Shown: positions 39,559 to 48,799, numbered from the stretch's first letter. The stretch: 64,000 nt of DNA from a virus (IMGVR_UViG_3300037067_026010:146570-210569), one strand, 5' to 3'. Numbers and translations: made by a program. The notes: generated by a model not told the origin, from the sequence alone.

Positions 39559-40326
39559 TCAAATACGGATAGCCCGCTGCGGCCTACCCCAGCATGCACC
39601 CGTCTCCTCGGCCAGATGCCGCTCGCAGTCTTCTAACGTCGTCTCCGCCCGGCGTAGCTGATCCTCCAGTTCGACCACGGCTTGGGCATTTACGATTGGG
39701 CTGTCCAGAAGCACTCCTGCCTCCACAAGCTCCGTAAGTTTGATATACCAGCTCTGCAAGTCCTTTAGCGCTTCGCGCGCCTTGTCCACGTGATCCACGG
39801 GCGTGTCGATGTTACCCCAGGAGTAGCACCGCTGTGGCCCTGCCAGCTCCCGCACATAGACTTCGGGACGATATTGCTTGTTGCATAACCGCTGAATGGC
39901 GGTAGCCCTGGGCACCCCGCCGTCCGGCAAGGCCATATACGCGGACACCACTGCCTCCCACGGATTGGCGGCGCCTTGCAGGCGCAGTTCCAGCTGCTGC
40001 CCATAATCCGCATCCTCGTCAAAACGAAAAGCAACTGCGTAGCCGTACTGCGGCCAAATGGGGTCGGTCTGCACCTGAATCTCGGATACGCAGCCGCGGT
40101 AAGGGCTGGGCCATTCGATATCGCAGCGGCTGCAATGCAGCCTGACTTGCCCGGCCCGCCACACTGGGGCACCTGCCACACGTGCCGCGCCCGAGATCTG
40201 CGGTTTATCGTCATGCCACACCAGTTCCGAATAAACGTGGCGCAGCTCCAGAATACCGTCCGCCGGATACCCGCAAAATAAGCACCGCGGATAGCCAAAC
40301 CAAGTATCGGTACAGATTTGTTGCAT
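39559..40326 (-). CDS. hypothetical protein with CxxC zinc ribbon
   Basis: CLFC...CSRC; AGGAG upstream. Confidence 0.7.
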   Translation of the reverse strand: MQQICTDTWFGYPRCLFCGYPADGILELRHVYSELVWHDDKPQISGAARVAGAPVWRAGQVRLHCSRCDIEWPSPYRGCVSEIQVQTDPIWPQYGYAVAFRFDEDADYGQQLELRLQGAANPWEAVVSAYMALPDGGVPRATAIQRLCNKQYRPEVYVRELAGPQRCYSWGNIDTPVDHVDKAREALKDLQSWYIKLTELVEAGVLLDSPIVNAQAVVELEDQLRRAETTLEDCERHLAEETGACWGRPQRAIRI

Positions 40327-40334
40327 AGGGTCTC

Positions 40335-40763
40335 CTAGCCAAGAATCCCGGCCTGCAGCCGGGCTTCTGCCGTGCGTATTGGCGGGTCCAGCACCCTGGT
40401 CTCGCCATTTGTCAGTATCGCGATGTTAACGATTTGCAGATGCGCTACGCCATCCACGACCCGCACATGCGGATCACTGAGGGCACGCTTATACGTCTGC
40501 CGCCAAGCACGCGGCAACCGTTCTGGATCGTACGTCAGACTGGCAACCTGCTTGTGGCTTATGCCCTGCTGGAGCAAGTCCACCCACACCTCAAGCGCCG
40601 CGAGGCATTCGAGGGACTGCCTATATTTTGCCTTCAAGGCTTTAACGACCTCGACCGCGCGTTCGTGCGTCGCCATCAACTCTGCACTAGATTCTTGCGG
40701 AGTCTCGGCAACAGGCGGCCCCTCGACAGGGTGTGTATCCGGATTTTCAGTAGTCATCATCAT
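40335..40763 (-). CDS. hypothetical protein
   Basis: 142-aa ORF, AAGGAG upstream. Confidence 0.65.
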   Translation of the reverse strand: MMMTTENPDTHPVEGPPVAETPQESSAELMATHERAVEVVKALKAKYRQSLECLAALEVWVDLLQQGISHKQVASLTYDPERLPRAWRQTYKRALSDPHVRVVDGVAHLQIVNIAILTNGETRVLDPPIRTAEARLQAGILG

Positions 40764-40989
40764 CTCCTTCCGCGTCCTCCTCTGCCCGATGTCGCGCCCT
40801 GGCCTGAAGCTTTAAATGCGTCTGCCAACGCTGGTCCGCCTCCTTGTGGCCGCGCGTTACTGCTTGTTTTAACAATTGCGCCCCCAAGGTGTTCATCGAT
40901 CGCTCCTTCGCATATGCCAACCGTTTAAACTCCTTATAAAGCTCGATCGGCAGGCGCAGCGTGAGCACTGCCTGCTGTTTATCCGCCAT
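40747..40989 (-). CDS. Arc/ribbon-helix-helix DNA-binding protein
   Basis: LTLRLPIELYKEFKRLAYAKERSMNTLGAQLL is an Arc-like signature. Confidence 0.8.
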   Translation of the reverse strand: MADKQQAVLTLRLPIELYKEFKRLAYAKERSMNTLGAQLLKQAVTRGHKEADQRWQTHLKLQARARHRAEEDAEGDDDDY

Positions 40990-41806
40990 CTGTACGCGTT
41001 CCTTTCTGGCTCGATGTCTTCGCTAAGGTGTTCTCTAGGGTAATAGCCCGCGTGCGATCTGCGGCATGTTTCCGCTGATTCCACGCCGCGATAGACGCGG
41101 CACGCCACGCCTCCAGTTCTGCTTTTGCGGACAGTAACCTTTCGCGAGTTATCCCGAACGATGCCATACCTTGGCCGGCAGGCGTCGTAAGCGAGGCTTG
41201 TGCCGAGGCCAAGGCCCGCGCAAGTTTTGCATATTGGGCACTTTGTTGGGCCGGCGTGCCTATCTGGGAAGGTGCAACCGGCACGAGACCGTCGACGCGC
41301 CAGACGCTGATATTTGCCTCGGCTAGGCAGGTTTCCACAGCGGCAAAGGCCGCGGCGTTATCACCGGCGAATGACTGCAGGGCGTGGGTAAGCAGCGCCT
41401 CCAACGGGCTTATTGCCTTTATACGGCGCAAGGGGTCTGCCGTGCCATTGCCCCATATTGCAGAAACCAACCACTCAGTCGGGGAAGGTGCAGCATCCGC
41501 AGTATGAATAGCATAAGCCGGAGTCGCAGAGACAACGGTATCAGCGGGCTCGTCGATATACGTCGTCCCCCACTGCCGATAGCATTGTCCGCACACCAAT
41601 ATGCAGTCATCTTGGTCAATTGGCTCTACCGTTTCTTGCGACTCCCAGAATACTTCCGTTTCCCCGGAGTGTTCGGCATTCATCTCCTCGTCAAAGGTGA
41701 GGCAGGCCATGCCGCATAGTGTCTCCAGCGTACCGCCAGCTGGTGCACCACAGAACGGGCAGTGTGGGTCACGAAATTGCATCAAGTGTCTCCATAAGCT
41801 TGCCAT
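40979..41806 (-). CDS. hypothetical protein with CxxC zinc ribbon
   Basis: CPFCG...CGQC; N-terminus resembles that of 39559-40326. Confidence 0.7.
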   Translation of the reverse strand: MASLWRHLMQFRDPHCPFCGAPAGGTLETLCGMACLTFDEEMNAEHSGETEVFWESQETVEPIDQDDCILVCGQCYRQWGTTYIDEPADTVVSATPAYAIHTADAAPSPTEWLVSAIWGNGTADPLRRIKAISPLEALLTHALQSFAGDNAAAFAAVETCLAEANISVWRVDGLVPVAPSQIGTPAQQSAQYAKLARALASAQASLTTPAGQGMASFGITRERLLSAKAELEAWRAASIAAWNQRKHAADRTRAITLENTLAKTSSQKGTRTDGG

Positions 41807-41839
41807 CGGCCGTCAACGCGTAGACACGCATCGGTATGG

Positions 41840-41855
41840 CGGTAGTTAAGCACCG
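41840..41855. promoter_or_regulatory. 16-bp dyad motif, copy 4
   Basis: CGGTAGTTAAGCACCG at the edge of the non-coding region. Confidence 0.6.
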
Positions 41856-41895
41856 GATGGAAAATACATAGGTTAGGGAATTGGCGTAATCGTTG

Positions 41896-41966
41896 CTGTA
41901 TGACGCTGTGCAGAAGGGGGGTATACGACGCTATCCGATACCCCCCTTCTGCACAGCGTCATACAG
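41896..41966. repeat. perfect 29-bp inverted repeat, 13-nt loop
   Basis: CTGTATGACGCTGTGCAGAAGGGGGGTAT (41896-41924) and its reverse complement (41938-41966). Confidence 0.95.
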
Positions 41967-42009
41967 ACGCAGCTACCCGCAAAAGTCGAAAAATCGAATT
42001 CGTGTTACG

Positions 42010-42035
42010 CTATAGGCTAAATATTTAGCCTATAG
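42010..42035. repeat. perfect 26-bp palindrome
   Basis: CTATAGGCTAAATATTTAGCCTATAG. Confidence 0.95.
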
Positions 42036-42049
42036 TGGCTTTTTTTGCA

Positions 42050-42359
42050 CTTAAACCCTTACCACGTAAGGACTTACGTACGCAGAAAATCGATGTCCAT
42101 GTTAATAAACATACTTAACATTTTTACGTAAGTCCTTACGCAGCAAGGACTTACGAGTGTTACTGCTTCCCCTTCTTCTAAGGGAGCTACCACAGTATGG
42201 CACGACATCGCTAATGCGTGGTAGCAGCGTCGTAACTACCTCGCCAGTAAGGAGTTACGTCAAATATTATCATTAGTGAGTGGCTCGCGTATGTAATGCC
42301 TCGTGTAGGTGGTGTGTAATGTAAATTCGTCGTAAGTCCTTATCGTGTAAGGGTTTAGG
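42050..42359. repeat. four 11-7-11 dyad repeats CGTAAGTCCTT-N7-AAGGACTTACG
   Basis: Copies at 42050-42078, 42127-42155 (perfect), 42231-42259 and 42331-42359. Confidence 0.9.
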
Positions 42360-42528
42360 TACTATTTCAACCTCGTGATAGACATGGCGTATTTAGCCTA
42401 CTTACTACTTCGATATCCTGCTACTGACGTGCAGGGATGAACAGCGATATACTGCTAATGACGCACAGGGCAACATCAGAGTTGTATGATGCCATATAGT
42501 AAAAGACTACTAATTTACTATATAAATG

Positions 42529-42561
42529 AAAAAAGCCATACCACCTACTGGTGGCATGGCT
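42529..42561 (-). terminator. intrinsic terminator
   Basis: AGCCATGCCACC-AGTA-GGTGGTATGGCT-TTTTT on the minus strand. Confidence 0.7.
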
Positions 42562-42663
42562 AATACCTGCAATCATTACGGCTGTAGTCTGGCCTGTTGT
42601 CGGCTACCTATACAATTTCAAACGGTACTTTTACAAAGAACCGAGTAAATCGGGACTTGGGGC

Positions 42664-42912
42664 TTACGACTCGGCCGGTAACTCCCCAAGCTGCATGAGG
42701 CGCTGACACAGCGTATCCGCTGCTGCTTCCGGCGTCGGGCCTGCACATGTCAGACACTCCGCGAAAAGCTTATCCTGCCCGATGTATACCGGCTCCTTAT
42801 AAGGGCGCCAGGCTTGCGCGTAGTAACCGCCATAGTCCTTGTTGTAGCCCACACTGTAAGTCCAACCCTTTGCCTCGAGTTGTTGTAGCCGCGCATCTAA
42901 CGTAGTACCCAT
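42664..42912 (-). CDS. hypothetical protein
   Basis: 82-aa ORF, GGAG upstream. Confidence 0.65.
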   Translation of the reverse strand: MGTTLDARLQQLEAKGWTYSVGYNKDYGGYYAQAWRPYKEPVYIGQDKLFAECLTCAGPTPEAAADTLCQRLMQLGELPAES

Positions 42913-42969
42913 TTTATCACTCCAAATAAAAACCCCGCCGTAGCGGGATGAAGCGCGGGTAATTAGTGG

Positions 42970-43290
42970 TCAGTCGCTGATAAGGTATTTTTTCGCAATT
43001 GGCGGGGTACTTTGCAAGATCAATCCACGCGCATTGACCTTGACGAAGAAACTATCCGTGAGCGTCGCGTCCGGGCACATGCGAAAAATGTTCACCCGGA
43101 AGGAGTACGGCGTAATCGGCGTTGCCCGGGTGCGGCATGCCGAAATCGGAGCCAGGTCCGCCGGCCGTCCCAGCAATTGCAGCACGCTGTTTAGTACGTG
43201 TTGTGGATTTACCGGGCTAATTGCCGCATTTTCTTGTGGTGCCTCCTGTTTATCGCAAGTAGCTGAGGCCGTTTTGGCAGGGCTAGACAT
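42970..43290 (-). CDS. hypothetical protein
   Basis: AAAGGA upstream of MSSPAKT. Confidence 0.6.
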   Translation of the reverse strand: MSSPAKTASATCDKQEAPQENAAISPVNPQHVLNSVLQLLGRPADLAPISACRTRATPITPYSFRVNIFRMCPDATLTDSFFVKVNARGLILQSTPPIAKKYLISD

Positions 43291-43427
43291 CACGCTTCCT
43301 TTCTGTGCCACGCACGCTTTTCCCTTAAAGGACACTGATTTACCTAGGATTCGGGCACCGTTACGCACGATAACCCGGGGTATATCTGCAGCGCGCATCA
43401 TTGTTATTGCCGTGTGCTGCAGTGGTT

Positions 43428-43751
43428 TTACCGCCAGCCTCCAAGGCGTTTCGGAATATGCCAGCGCAAGCCGAAGGTACGATAGGCAAGGTCCTGGCCG
43501 ATGGCGCAGGCGCAACCCAGCGCGGACAGGTGCACGTGCACATAGGCCTGCTCCGAGCCGTATAGGGCTATCGTACCATAATCAAATCTGGTGATTAAGC
43601 ACCGCTCCCTGCCTTCGGCAAAGACGAGTACGGCCCCGGAGCCGGCCTGCGGACCCTCAGTTTTTTGAAGGTCCACCACCCGTATGGTGTCCAATTTGTC
43701 GTGCCAGCTCGGGTCGCGCACGGACCACTGGTTGACGGTACAGGTTCTCAC
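43428..43751 (-). CDS. hypothetical protein
   Basis: 107-aa ORF, GTG start overlapping the upstream stop. Confidence 0.5.
   Translation of the reverse strand: MRTCTVNQWSVRDPSWHDKLDTIRVVDLQKTEGPQAGSGAVLVFAEGRERCLITRFDYGTIALYGSEQAYVHVHLSALGCACAIGQDLAYRTFGLRWHIPKRLGGWR
43589..43604. promoter_or_regulatory. 16-bp dyad motif, copy 5 (degenerate)
   Basis: TGGTGATTAAGCACCG inside a weak ORF. Confidence 0.4.
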
Positions 43752-43945
43752 GATATGGGACCCTTTGCTATTTTGATTGGTACGCCGCCAGGCTGGAAAT
43801 CAGACCGGGCCAGGTAAGCCGTAGGCACGTCGTCGGGTGATATCCGTATTACCTGCACGACTGTTTCATCCGGAGCGTCTTTGTCCGAGTCCGTCTGCGG
43901 GGCAGCGGCACGAGCACCGACGACGCGCACCTGAAAGTTCGCCAT
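43748..43945 (-). CDS. small hypothetical protein
   Basis: MANFQVRVV... directly after the CAP gene stop. Confidence 0.5.
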   Translation of the reverse strand: MANFQVRVVGARAAAPQTDSDKDAPDETVVQVIRISPDDVPTAYLARSDFQPGGVPIKIAKGPIS

Positions 43946-43946
43946 A

Positions 43947-44504
43947 CTATTTTTCGCTTTCCGGTTTTTCCCAGGTTGTCTGGCTGAACTGCTGACACCA
44001 GAACACCTGACCCTGCGCGTTGCGATATCCTGCAATACCGATCGTTCGGTGCCGTGGGTTAAGGATGTTTGCCCGGTGCCCGGAAGAACTAAGCCACGAC
44101 CGCAGCACCTCTTGGGCAGTAGACTGCCCCATAGCGATGTTTTCCGCAAAGGGGCTGTTGGCATGCACCATACCGTTGCCCCGAGCCATCCATGCGCAAT
44201 GTTCGCGGGCACAGAGATGAATTACGCGATCGAGCACCAGCGGCACGAGGCCGTACCGCCGGCGCTCTTGGTTTACCGCGTCCAATAAAGCCTGTTCGCA
44301 CTCGTAGACCGGGGCGGCATCGACCGGGCTGGCCACCACCCGGGCAGGGTCGACGGTATGCGCCGAGGTCCGGCTTACGGTCCGACTTACGGTGCGCGTA
44401 CGCATAAAACGCCTGCCGGCGGCTTGAACGTCCGCGGCATAAAGCAGGCAAGTCAACACGAACACAAACAGGCTGAACATTCTGAATTTCGACATCATCG
44501 TCAC
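43947..44504 (-). CDS. secreted CAP/SCP domain protein
   Basis: Signal peptide; VNQERRRYGLVPL, AREH, ENIAMGQ, WLSSSGHRANIL, IGIA, WCQQF. Confidence 0.9.
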   Translation of the reverse strand: MTMMSKFRMFSLFVFVLTCLLYAADVQAAGRRFMRTRTVSRTVSRTSAHTVDPARVVASPVDAAPVYECEQALLDAVNQERRRYGLVPLVLDRVIHLCAREHCAWMARGNGMVHANSPFAENIAMGQSTAQEVLRSWLSSSGHRANILNPRHRTIGIAGYRNAQGQVFWCQQFSQTTWEKPESEK

Positions 44505-44551
44505 TGGCTCCTTCTAAGTAATGGGACTGGTAAACGCGTAAATAGAATACA

Positions 44552-45010
44552 CTAATCTTTCGGTGGCCACGCCAGCCCGGCCATAACCATTTGCGCCTGG
44601 CTGTTGCTGGCAATCAGAGCACGTAACGTCGCATTGTCCGTGGCATTCGTGCTTGGCGTGCGCGCCATATACGCAAGGAGCTGCTCCTCGCGCACAAGCA
44701 GCGCAGATAGCGTTGCACTGATCGCCGTCGTGGCCTCCATCATGTTTGCCCATTTGGTGGGGCCACCCACGGCAGAAATGCCACGTGCTACCTGGCGCGA
44801 AACGATCGCCTGGTGGCAACTGATCTCGGCCAAGTGCCTGAGCGGGCCGGGTGAGACAGTGCAGCCCACTTCCCGGCTGACAATTGCGCACAGTTCGGGT
44901 ATGGTGTGTTTGCCACCGGCCAATATGTCGACATGGCTGCGACACCAATCCATTACGGCGAGACGTTTGGCGTCATTGAGACGGTTAATTTTGCGCGGTG
45001 CTTCGGACAT
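44552..45010 (-). CDS. hypothetical protein
   Basis: AGGAG upstream of MSEAPRK. Confidence 0.6.
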   Translation of the reverse strand: MSEAPRKINRLNDAKRLAVMDWCRSHVDILAGGKHTIPELCAIVSREVGCTVSPGPLRHLAEISCHQAIVSRQVARGISAVGGPTKWANMMEATTAISATLSALLVREEQLLAYMARTPSTNATDNATLRALIASNSQAQMVMAGLAWPPKD

Positions 45011-45060
45011 CTTTTGCTCCTGTATAATTACCTGGTTGTATACCGTACCATTAAACGTAA

Positions 45061-45252
45061 TTACTGCGGGATGGCAGTAATGGCGACCGTCAGGTCGTCC
45101 TGGTCCTGGCAGACATAGGCCTCTAAACCGGCTTGGGCATTGCGCAGCCAAAACTCGGTGCCGACGCCGGACTCCGGCCCGGAGATAAATTCCCATTGCT
45201 CCATCGGGGTGTTGCTGCGTTCAGCGACCGCAATAAGTACTCGGCTAAACAT
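45061..45252 (-). CDS. small hypothetical protein
   Basis: Short ORF in the run; start uncertain. Confidence 0.45.
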   Translation of the reverse strand: MFSRVLIAVAERSNTPMEQWEFISGPESGVGTEFWLRNAQAGLEAYVCQDQDDLTVAITAIPQ

Positions 45253-45490
45253 GGCCTAACTCCGATATTTGAATTTGCTGCCAACTTTCGGTAATAACCT
45301 TATTGTCGGACGCGGCGAGCTGCGCGAGATACGCAATCAGCGCAATTAAGCGCTGGGCGGATTGTACGCGCGTATGCCGGGTGCGCACCACCATACGCGC
45401 CGCTTGCTCCGGCGACGTGGCAATAACCACGTCCGCGTAGAAGCATCCATCAACATCGACCGAATCCACGATATATTTTTCTTGGGCCAT
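45245..45490 (-). CDS. small hypothetical protein
   Basis: 81-aa ORF, start coupled to the upstream stop. Confidence 0.6.
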   Translation of the reverse strand: MAQEKYIVDSVDVDGCFYADVVIATSPEQAARMVVRTRHTRVQSAQRLIALIAYLAQLAASDNKVITESWQQIQISELGHV

Positions 45491-45714
45491 TAGCCTACCT
45501 TTCTGGCGGTGCTACAGCGGTTTTTAGCGGCGCTTTCTACATCTTCCGGTTGTACGTGAATGCACCCGGACTTGAAAAAGTTGCACCAGTACTCGCTCGT
45601 TCGACGGATAGCCAACAGCACCCCGAGGGCACCTTTTGGAATGCGCGGCCCGCCGGACGGACGCATGTCCAACGCACGGACGCACCGTACGATCTCTCCG
45701 CGCTTTAACGCCAT
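45490..45714 (-). CDS. small SH3-like hypothetical protein
   Basis: LKRGEIVRCVR...IPKGALGVL pattern. Confidence 0.55.
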   Translation of the reverse strand: MALKRGEIVRCVRALDMRPSGGPRIPKGALGVLLAIRRTSEYWCNFFKSGCIHVQPEDVESAAKNRCSTARKVG

Positions 45715-45727
45715 ATGCGGTTCCTAT

Positions 45728-45760
45728 AAAAAAACACGGGGTGTCATAAGACACCCCGTG
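45728..45760 (-). terminator. intrinsic terminator
   Basis: CACGGGGTGTC-N4-GACACCCCGTG stem plus T7 on the minus strand. Confidence 0.85.
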
Positions 45761-45799
45761 TGGAGACTACAGGTTCAAAACACCGTTTGTGCCGGTTTC

Positions 45800-46306
45800 T
45801 TATTTTCGTAGCACGCGCCGCCCCTGCGGTTTACCGCAGGCCGGATCGCAGGCCGCCGGTGTACAAGCTGCGGGCGCGCAAGCGGCCGGCGCACATGCTG
45901 AACGTGCTGCTTTCATACGGTGACCTAATCTGGCCTTAGGAAGCTGTGCTACCGCGCTACAAGCATTTTTAACGCGCGTACCCAAATACTGTCGATTACG
46001 TGTCGTTGTAGTGCTTTCCGTGGCGGCCGGCGCCGCGCAGGCATTCGGGGTAGTACATTGACCCTCCGCGCAACCGTTCTGGTCACAACGCTTACGAATT
46101 GCCGTCAGTATATAGGGGGTATTCTCGTTTTCCGCCGGCAATGCCGCTGGCGCCATGATGTTCGTGGGTGCCTCCGGCTGCGGTAGTTGTAGCACCATGT
46201 CCGGAGTGGCTTCTGCGGTATTCAGCGGCTCGGCGGCAAAGCTTGGTGTCAGCCATAGGCTCAGGCATACGGCTAACCAAATACACAACCAAACAAAAGT
46301 TTTCAT
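45800..46306 (-). CDS. secreted Cys-rich protein
   Basis: Signal peptide MKTFVWLCIWLAVCLSLWLTPSFA; repeats ACAPAACAPAACTPAACDPAC. Confidence 0.7.
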   Translation of the reverse strand: MKTFVWLCIWLAVCLSLWLTPSFAAEPLNTAEATPDMVLQLPQPEAPTNIMAPAALPAENENTPYILTAIRKRCDQNGCAEGQCTTPNACAAPAATESTTTTRNRQYLGTRVKNACSAVAQLPKARLGHRMKAARSACAPAACAPAACTPAACDPACGKPQGRRVLRK

Positions 46307-46411
46307 TTCGAGTTCCTCCATTGTGGGGACTTGCCGATAAGCTTTGGCTTCTCGGCGTAATTAAATCTGCTGCTGTAAGCCCCCTGCTGGGGCATTAAAA
46401 CGTCTAGTATC

Positions 46412-47386
46412 CTACTCAGCCTTAGCCTTGTCAAGGCCATGATAGTAAGTCTTACCCCTCCATAGGGCTACAGACTTTCTTCTAGGGATTTTATAGCGGC
46501 GCTCATAGGCCGATAGTCCGAGATACGGCCAGTCCTGTCCATGCAGGTTCTTCTGCAACCGCTCACGATATTTCTCTTTTGACGTGCAGCCGCCATATCG
46601 GCGTAGGCTAGGGGGTTGGCCCTGCACGATGAAACCGTCAAGCTCCAGTTCGTGAATCACCTGCGGTATAACGTCTTCCAACAGCACTGCTTCAGCGTCG
46701 TCTTCGTTATTAAAACCGCCAAGGCTGTCCTCATAGCACTTGCCGTCGGCGGCTGTCCATTTGGCAACCGCACTATACCAGTGCCAGCCATCTTTACGCC
46801 AATCGCGAAGCTGTGATATGGTCTGCCGTTTATTTACGGCACATAATTCTGCAGCGACCTGCCGCGAAGCACCACGCGCCCTGTAATACTGCAACAGTCC
46901 CCGTTGTGCAGCGTCGTCGAGGACAATGCGGAAGAATTCGCAGGCATTTGTGTCATAATAGGTGGCATTGCTTGCTTTAAAGTGGTCAGTAGCCTGCGCG
47001 GGTATTACGTAGCAGTGACTGGTGTCGTCGAGATGCCGCTGGAAATTTTCGCAGGACTGCAGCGTATGTTCCCAGCCCTCACACTCCTCCCAGGGGGGAG
47101 ATGTATAGTAATCATCTTCCTCGACGTGCCCGCGGGCTGCCAGTGCCGCGTAGGGTACGATGGCGGACATCTCGTAGTATTCCGACGTTTGGCGCGTATG
47201 TTCAAAATAGGCGTCCTGTTCTGACCCGTGCTGCCGTAGCACGGACTGGCATTTGACAAACAGGCGATCCCCGACGCGCCATCGCTGCTCGGCGCAATGC
47301 GGCGTAATATTCTCATAAGACCAATCCCCTTTCGGTGGCGCCAGTTCCTCGGACGGGATGGTTATACTCCTAGGCTGTCTCTGCAT
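46412..47386 (-). CDS. hypothetical protein
   Basis: ~324-aa ORF, GGAG upstream of MQRQPR. Confidence 0.7.
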   Translation of the reverse strand: MQRQPRSITIPSEELAPPKGDWSYENITPHCAEQRWRVGDRLFVKCQSVLRQHGSEQDAYFEHTRQTSEYYEMSAIVPYAALAARGHVEEDDYYTSPPWEECEGWEHTLQSCENFQRHLDDTSHCYVIPAQATDHFKASNATYYDTNACEFFRIVLDDAAQRGLLQYYRARGASRQVAAELCAVNKRQTISQLRDWRKDGWHWYSAVAKWTAADGKCYEDSLGGFNNEDDAEAVLLEDVIPQVIHELELDGFIVQGQPPSLRRYGGCTSKEKYRERLQKNLHGQDWPYLGLSAYERRYKIPRRKSVALWRGKTYYHGLDKAKAE

Positions 47387-47612
47387 TCGTCGGCTCCGCT
47401 TTCCCTGTACAGCTCGCGGGTACATACAGCTTTTCGCCGATGCCGTCCAGAAACTCCACAAACGCCGCGGCTTCGGCACCATGCAGACGCAGGTCGGGCG
47501 CGGGCGCCGTGCATATGACCGTTATGGTATCAGTGCTGTCCGGACCTTGTACCGCCACGATGTTCGACAGATTTATACGTAAACTCTGGTTAATGCGAAG
47601 AAATGCGGCCAT
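47370..47612 (-). CDS. small hypothetical protein
   Basis: MAAFLRINQSLRINLSNIV. Confidence 0.6.
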   Translation of the reverse strand: MAAFLRINQSLRINLSNIVAVQGPDSTDTITVICTAPAPDLRLHGAEAAAFVEFLDGIGEKLYVPASCTGKAEPTNAETA

Positions 47613-48285
47613 GGTCGTTCTCGTCGGGGTTTAAGTCTTGTAACAAAATAGGCTCTCCGGTATTTGGATCGCAGAAGCGTACGCGTTGCATAGCCTGTAT
47701 GACGCGTTCGCGAAGCGCAATCGTCGCGGCGTCGTCGCGAACACAGCGCATCAGCTCGCGGCGACTAAGGGTGGCCACGAGATCCGCGATCTGATTCAAC
47801 TGGCTCGTCGCCCGCGGCAGCCAGTGATAATGCAGTTGGTAGCCCATGCGGGCCAGTTCTCGCAGTCCGGCCAGATACATGATGCCGGTGGACGGCAGCG
47901 GCCTGGACAGATCCGCGGCCTGCGTACCCCAAGTGGCTATCACTTGGCTGTCTGTGATAATATGCGTTTGCAGTAGGGGATACTGCTTGCGGCGGGCTCT
48001 GCCGTAAGTATGTTCAAACCAGCAGATGGCTTGATAGTAGGGCATAAGCTCCGCCATGTTGACGGAAGCGGCATTCATGCCGCCGTAAAAGAGTTTGCGC
48101 CCCCGCGTTAGACCGTCGATGAGCGTGCAGGCCCAGCCGCAGTGGTCACCCCAGCCTGTCCCCGAGCCGTCTCCCGCCAACAAAAGATCGAAGGTATCTA
48201 TCCCGGCGCGGGCGAGCACCGCCTGTAGTACCTCCACATCCGGCAGCCCGCGATCATGGTCCCGCTGTGTTGCCGTCCGGCCCAT
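47590..48285 (-). CDS. RNase HI-like nuclease
   Basis: AGDGSG...GWA, NMAEL, ITDSQ, HWLPR, NQIADLVA match RNase H D-E-D-D. Confidence 0.8.
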   Translation of the reverse strand: MGRTATQRDHDRGLPDVEVLQAVLARAGIDTFDLLLAGDGSGTGWGDHCGWACTLIDGLTRGRKLFYGGMNAASVNMAELMPYYQAICWFEHTYGRARRKQYPLLQTHIITDSQVIATWGTQAADLSRPLPSTGIMYLAGLRELARMGYQLHYHWLPRATSQLNQIADLVATLSRRELMRCVRDDAATIALRERVIQAMQRVRFCDPNTGEPILLQDLNPDENDHGRISSH

Positions 48286-48799
48286 GGTTCTCCTCGTCTG
48301 GTGTATTTTGTGAGGTATTTAATGCCCGCTGCTTCTCGGCAAGTGCCGCAGCTATCTGGCCCATGGCGCCATCCAAGTTTTGAATAAGCCGATAGGCGTT
48401 TTCCAGCTGCAGCCGCAGACAACCGTGCATCTGCACGGCCATGTGCTCGATCTCTTGCGGACTGCGCAGCGGCCCGTCGCGTCCCGCTACTAGGCCCATC
48501 GGCAAATGCGGCTGCGGCACAACCCAGCTGGGGATAATCGCCACACCCTCCATTTCCGGAACGCTGGACAGAATATCCTGCGCAAAGTTTTGGCATAAGC
48601 CTATCGCTTCCTGGTCGAACGGCAGACGTTCAGGTCCGCGTTGATCGGCCATGCGCTGCTTGAAGACGTCCAGATAGGCACGGAGAGCGGCGGCACGCGG
48701 GAAATCAGCGTCGGCTATCGCAAGTTGCAACTGGCGGTCCAACTCTTCGCAATGATCGCGATATAATTTGGTGCTTATGTTTTTTGTTATTTCGTCCAT
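48254..48799 (-). CDS. hypothetical protein
   Basis: 181-aa ORF, GGAAGGA upstream. Confidence 0.7.
   Translation of the reverse strand: MDEITKNISTKLYRDHCEELDRQLQLAIADADFPRAAALRAYLDVFKQRMADQRGPERLPFDQEAIGLCQNFAQDILSSVPEMEGVAIIPSWVVPQPHLPMGLVAGRDGPLRSPQEIEHMAVQMHGCLRLQLENAYRLIQNLDGAMGQIAAALAEKQRALNTSQNTPDEENHGPDGNTAGP

Noticed and set aside
42050-42359. Repeats with variable spacers as a CRISPR array
   Set aside because: Units are dyads with a variable internal 7-nt core, spacing is irregular (48-75 nt gaps), orientation is mixed and no cas1/cas2 is present.
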